From an uncultured Candidatus Saccharibacteria bacterium (GTDB lineage: Bacteria; Patescibacteriota; Minisyncoccia; Phycocordibacterales; DSPV01), in NCBI GenBank assembly GCA_964617735.1, contig CAZTXT010000002.1, forward strand, positions 12,536 through 76,535: a stretch of DNA of 64,000 bases. The letters run 5' to 3'. The position numbers and the translations under genes are program-made. The notes beneath the pieces are model-generated. The model ran no database searches, was not told the origin of the DNA, and saw only the letters and a list, made by a program, of their open reading frames with translations. Shown here piece after piece: positions 59,998 to 64,000 of the stretch; within the stretch, counting starts at the first letter, position 1, and the number at the start of each line of letters is the position of its first letter.

Positions 59998-61419
59998 TCA
60001 GAGCTTTTCCACGAGAACCATATTCGTGTCAATCGCCTTTCCAAACGGCAGGCCGCAGACAATGACAATCGTCTCCCCTTTTAGGGCAAATCTCCTCGTT
60101 AAGAAATAGCGACGTATCAGAGATAATACATTATCAAAATCTTTCGGCGGATTGAAAACAGCGGGGTGAACGCCGAACGAGAGGTTTTGGATGCGTGCCC
60201 GGACAGCATCCGGGGTCATCGAGATGATATGTTGGGATGGCTTGTGCCGAGAGAGCATGCGCGCAGTCCTTCCGGATTTAGTAAGTGCAACGATGAAGCG
60301 CGAGCCGACGGTATCGGCCGTAGAGACTGCGGCCGAGGTGACTGAATCGGTCACATAATGATTCTCCTCATGACTTCTGCGACGCAGGGCGAGTTTGCGA
60401 TGCAGATAATCCCGCTCTACGCGGAGCGCGACACGTTCCATCACCTTGACCGCTGCTATCGGATGCGAGCCGAGTGCAGTTTCTCCAGAGAGCATTACCG
60501 CATCAGTTCCATCGAGTATCGCGTTTGCAATATCGGAGACCTCTGCTCGGGTCGGAACCGCGCTTGAGGTCATTGATTCGAGCATCTGGGTTGCCGTGAT
60601 GACGGGTTTACCGGCATGGTTTGCTTTACGGATAAGATTCTTTTGGATAAGCGGGACTTCTTCGGGGGACGTCTCAACGGCGAGATCACCGCGCGCTACC
60701 ATGATGACGTCGGCTGCGGCAGTGATTTCGTCTGCATTCTCTACGGCCTGACGAGTCTCCATTTTTGCGACAATAGCCGCAGTGGAATGCGCCGCGCGCA
60801 AAAGTCTCTGCAACGCGAATATATCATCGGCGCTCCGAACAAACGAGATAGCGAAAAAGTCGGCTCCGATAGAAGCGCCGAATCGTATATCTTGCTTATC
60901 TTTCACGGTGAGCGATGGCATTGATAGATGCGCGTCGGGAACAGAGATTCCTCTGCGCCCGCGGATGACTCCACCGGACACTACGCGACAGCGTATATCA
61001 TACTTCGACGTGGAGAGCACCGTGAGACGACATTTGCCATCATCGACCAGAATCGTATCGCCTTTGGAAACTTCTTGGGGTAGACGCACATAATTGACCC
61101 ATACCCGATGTTCATCACCGACGATGGGTTTGGTGATCAACACAAATTCTCTGCCATGCTGCAACGTTATCGTATCCTCCTTAAAATCGCCGATGCGGAT
61201 CTTAGGACCGCAGAGATCGATAAGAATTCCCGTGTGCGTTTGCTTTTTCTTAGAGATCGCCTGGACGATTTTGATGCGCCGACGATGCTCGGCATGGTCG
61301 CCGTGCGAAAGATTGCAGCGGAATACATCAACGCCCGCATCGACAAGCGCTCCGATCGTCTTCGCATCCTCGCTGGCCGGACCCAACGTCGCTATAACCT
61401 TTGTCTTTTTCTCTGACAT
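59998..61419 (-). CDS. pyk: pyruvate kinase
   Basis: TK.IATLGPAS, N.SHG, GPKIR, MVARGDL, TATQMLESM, PTRAEVSD, MLSGETA. Confidence 0.97.
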   Translation of the reverse strand: MSEKKTKVIATLGPASEDAKTIGALVDAGVDVFRCNLSHGDHAEHRRRIKIVQAISKKKQTHTGILIDLCGPKIRIGDFKEDTITLQHGREFVLITKPIVGDEHRVWVNYVRLPQEVSKGDTILVDDGKCRLTVLSTSKYDIRCRVVSGGVIRGRRGISVPDAHLSMPSLTVKDKQDIRFGASIGADFFAISFVRSADDIFALQRLLRAAHSTAAIVAKMETRQAVENADEITAAADVIMVARGDLAVETSPEEVPLIQKNLIRKANHAGKPVITATQMLESMTSSAVPTRAEVSDIANAILDGTDAVMLSGETALGSHPIAAVKVMERVALRVERDYLHRKLALRRRSHEENHYVTDSVTSAAVSTADTVGSRFIVALTKSGRTARMLSRHKPSQHIISMTPDAVRARIQNLSFGVHPAVFNPPKDFDNVLSLIRRYFLTRRFALKGETIVIVCGLPFGKAIDTNMVLVEKL

Positions 61420-61486
61420 ACCAAAAGAAAATTCTTAACCTTGCTAAAGGCAAACGTAAGGGTAAGAGAATAAATACCGCACTGCG

Positions 61487-61560
61487 TGCAAGTGGAAGGA
61501 CTCGAACCTTCGACCTCCCCATTATCAGTGGGGTGCTCTAGCCACCTGAGCTACACTTGC
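61487..61560 (-). tRNA. tRNA-Ile(GAT)
   Basis: GCAAGTG/CACTTGC acceptor, TAGCTCAG D-arm, CT-GAT-AA loop, GGTTCGAGTCC; no CCA. Confidence 0.93.
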
Positions 61561-61698
61561 ACGCAATGAACTATTTGATTGCTTAGCCAAGCGAACGAAC
61601 CGTCTCTATGCTCTGCAGATCAATGGTGTCGCCCTAGCCAACCTCTCTTACACATACGGTAGCCTCGAAAATATAGCAAAAAAAGGCCTTAGCAGCAA

Positions 61699-61737
61699 TA
61701 AAAAATGCGCCGCGTACGATTAGAAAGTACGCGGCGC
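61699..61737 (-). terminator. terminator of 61752..62246
   Basis: GCGCCGCGTAC/GTACGCGGCGC plus T-run. Confidence 0.75.
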
Positions 61738-61751
61738 TTCATCCGCTTTCC

Positions 61752-62246
61752 TCAAGCAAGGAACTTTTTAACCTTTTTCCAGTAAGCTTTCGTTGAGAAC
61801 ATTTTCCATCCAGCGGGCCCGCCGTTCCAGATGCGCGCCCGGTCTTCATCCATGGGAACGTGTCCAAGCAATTCTTTGGTGGCGTAATGGCTGGTATACC
61901 ACCGGCATAACTTCTCCGACAATTCACGGTTGCCGAGGCAATCGGATGCGTGATAAGCGGTTTTGTGTGCACGATTATAGTCGAGCACTACCGGTTCACG
62001 AATTTGCAGAGCGCCATAGGCAGGATGCTTCAAGTGTCGGTCACCGATCGCGTAGTCATTATCAGCCGACTCGACGCGAGCCAAACTGGCGAGCAACTCA
62101 GCTGATTGACCACGAGTATGCACGATACTCGCCAGGATTGCGAGGAGAATGATTGCGATAATACCGAAGGCACTCCAAACTGTTTCCCTCATTTTCCGTT
62201 TCTCGAATCTAAGTCTAAAGGATTTCTGGAGATGTTTTCTAGCCAT
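61752..62246 (-). CDS. membrane-anchored lysozyme-like protein (i-type/destabilase-like)
   Basis: TM, then VES (catalytic Glu), YGALQI, ARIWNGGP, YWKKV; promoter TTGACT-17-TACTGT. Confidence 0.7.
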   Translation of the reverse strand: MARKHLQKSFRLRFEKRKMRETVWSAFGIIAIILLAILASIVHTRGQSAELLASLARVESADNDYAIGDRHLKHPAYGALQIREPVVLDYNRAHKTAYHASDCLGNRELSEKLCRWYTSHYATKELLGHVPMDEDRARIWNGGPAGWKMFSTKAYWKKVKKFLA

Positions 62247-62335
62247 ACAATGATCTTTCTTTTGGTTGAGGTTTACATCAAGGTACTGACTGAACTACGA
62301 AGCACAGTATCATATATGATGTGTAAAGTCAATAC

Positions 62336-62369
62336 ACGAGAAAACCGCCCAACTGGGCGGTTTTCTCGT
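62336..62369. terminator. terminator downstream of 16S rRNA
   Basis: 16-bp IR ACGAGAAAACCGCCCA/TGGGCGGTTTTCTCGT. Confidence 0.8.
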
Positions 62370-62549
62370 TCACCCGAGCATCACCGTAGGCGAGTGCTTT
62401 AGGGTACCATTCTCTATTTTGTTCCGTTCATGTATCGGTCTTTCCCGACAGCCATATGCCCTATAGGAGTGGCACATCTCCTAGCGATCGCTTGTGACGA
62501 TTGCTAACCGACCTATCAGACCTCGTACGCAGTGCGCAGAGATCAATGA

Positions 62550-63285
<736 letters not shown>

Positions 63286-63298
63286 CAATGTTGTTACT

Positions 63299-63609
63299 GC
63301 TTGCACACTTTGTTGAAAGGGCCACACTCGTGACCCATGAATCTTAGCGAAGGTTTTCTTTAACCTTTACACCAAGATGATTCGCGATTTTTCGGGCTTT
63401 CTTCCTCATTTGGTAGAGTTGACGGCTCCGGTCCCTATTCGAGTGATAGGATAATGGACTTTTTAAAGCAATCAACTCTATGCCGCTGATATGGACCTCG
63501 ATACAGAAGCCTCCCCATCCGGATCGGTCGCCATCCCATTCGATGAGTTTAACTGATGGTACTCTCATAAATCGCTCCTTTCTATTTTCTCTCAACAAAG
63601 TGTGCAAGC
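63299..63609. repeat. 18-bp perfect inverted repeat enclosing the intron ORF (P9-region stem)
   Basis: GCTTGCACACTTTGTTGA 63299-63316 / TCAACAAAGTGTGCAAGC 63592-63609. Confidence 0.9.
63344..63568 (-). CDS. intron-encoded 74-aa basic protein of unknown function
   Basis: ATG at 63568 with AGAAAGGAG 7 nt upstream; lies inside an 18-bp IR-closed loop of the intron. Confidence 0.6.
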   Translation of the reverse strand: MRVPSVKLIEWDGDRSGWGGFCIEVHISGIELIALKSPLSYHSNRDRSRQLYQMRKKARKIANHLGVKVKENLR

Positions 63610-63727
63610 TGGTGCGGGCATTTCTGCCGCACTCTTACGATCGCTCGTAAGTTCGGACTATATCTTCCCGATCATTCGCTGTTAGGCGAAGTGATTTAGG
63701 GTTTGGCGTATAGTCTCTACGGGTTCC

Positions 63728-63907
63728 TGCATAGTAGGCAGTGGAGCGAACCGATCACTCGGTTCGCTTGTGGTCTGTAGCGTGCTTCTCAAGATATGCT
63801 GTGTCCTTCCCTTCGCCTTTATTGAGGCTACTGGTCACGGTGTGTAGAGGATATATCCCCCACCAGCTCCACTTTCGTCGCTTCTGCAGTCCACTGCCTA
63901 CTATGCA
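63728..63907. repeat. 18-bp perfect inverted repeat enclosing a 144-nt insertion between intron Q and R (P6 region)
   Basis: TGCATAGTAGGCAGTGGA 63728-63745 / TCCACTGCCTACTATGCA 63890-63907. Confidence 0.9.
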
Positions 63908-64000
63908 AGCCTTCCCTCGGGATTGTCTCCTGTTACAGAGAGTTTCCCCGATATAGCCACCAAAGCACTTTCGTTACCGAAATGCTTGGTCCAATCATTC

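Larger units (their letters stand above)
63286..64000 (-). mobile_element. group I intron in 16S rRNA at E. coli position 788 (5' end beyond window)
   Basis: Terminal omega-G before TAGATACC; core elements P GCTATATCGGGGAAAC, Q AATCCCGAGGGAAG, R GTAGAGACTATACG, S AAGATATAGTCC. Confidence 0.92.

Noticed and set aside
62370-62545. 5S rRNA downstream of 16S
   Set aside because: No CCGAAC loop or 5S helix pattern; treated as a trailer
63344-63607. Intron ORF as a homing endonuclease
   Set aside because: Too short, with no LAGLIDADG, GIY-YIG or HNH motif; start moved to the SD-preceded ATG at 63568
63741-63956. 71-aa + strand ORF
   Set aside because: Antisense to the group I intron core

Overview
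Chromosomal segment of a Candidate Phyla Radiation bacterium. The 16S signatures (AAAGGAATAGACGG, GTACTCACCGCCC, short V7/h44) and the intron-containing rRNA suggest Parcubacteria/OD1. TGA is used as a stop (code 11). Contents: housekeeping genes (secA, murB/C/D, rsmI, pyk, tRNA-Leu, tRNA-Ile) and a ~41 kb surface-glycan region (O-antigen-ligase/TPR, gmd, wzm/wzt, NeuB fusion, GT10/GT11/NodZ-type fucosyltransferases, many GT2/GT4/GT-C, perosamine-type aminotransferase). The glycan region also holds a self-contained acpS-fkbH-acp-maoC-SDR-MBOAT-DltD-like acylation operon. A VirD4-like ATPase and the 3' half of a 16S rRNA gene interrupted by a group I intron at E. coli position 788 follow. The most striking pattern: the 16S 3' tail lacks the anti-Shine-Dalgarno CCUCC and core operons look leaderless (extended -10 box 6-9 nt before ATG). 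Yet a scattered class of monocistronic orphan or paralogous genes carries its own promoter, a leader, a strong GAAAGGA(GG) SD motif and a long hairpin terminator. Two promoter/terminator-bounded small RNA candidates, a direct-repeat operator for an HTH_17 regulator and a frameshifted gene are also visible. All product calls come from motif recognition, not database searches.
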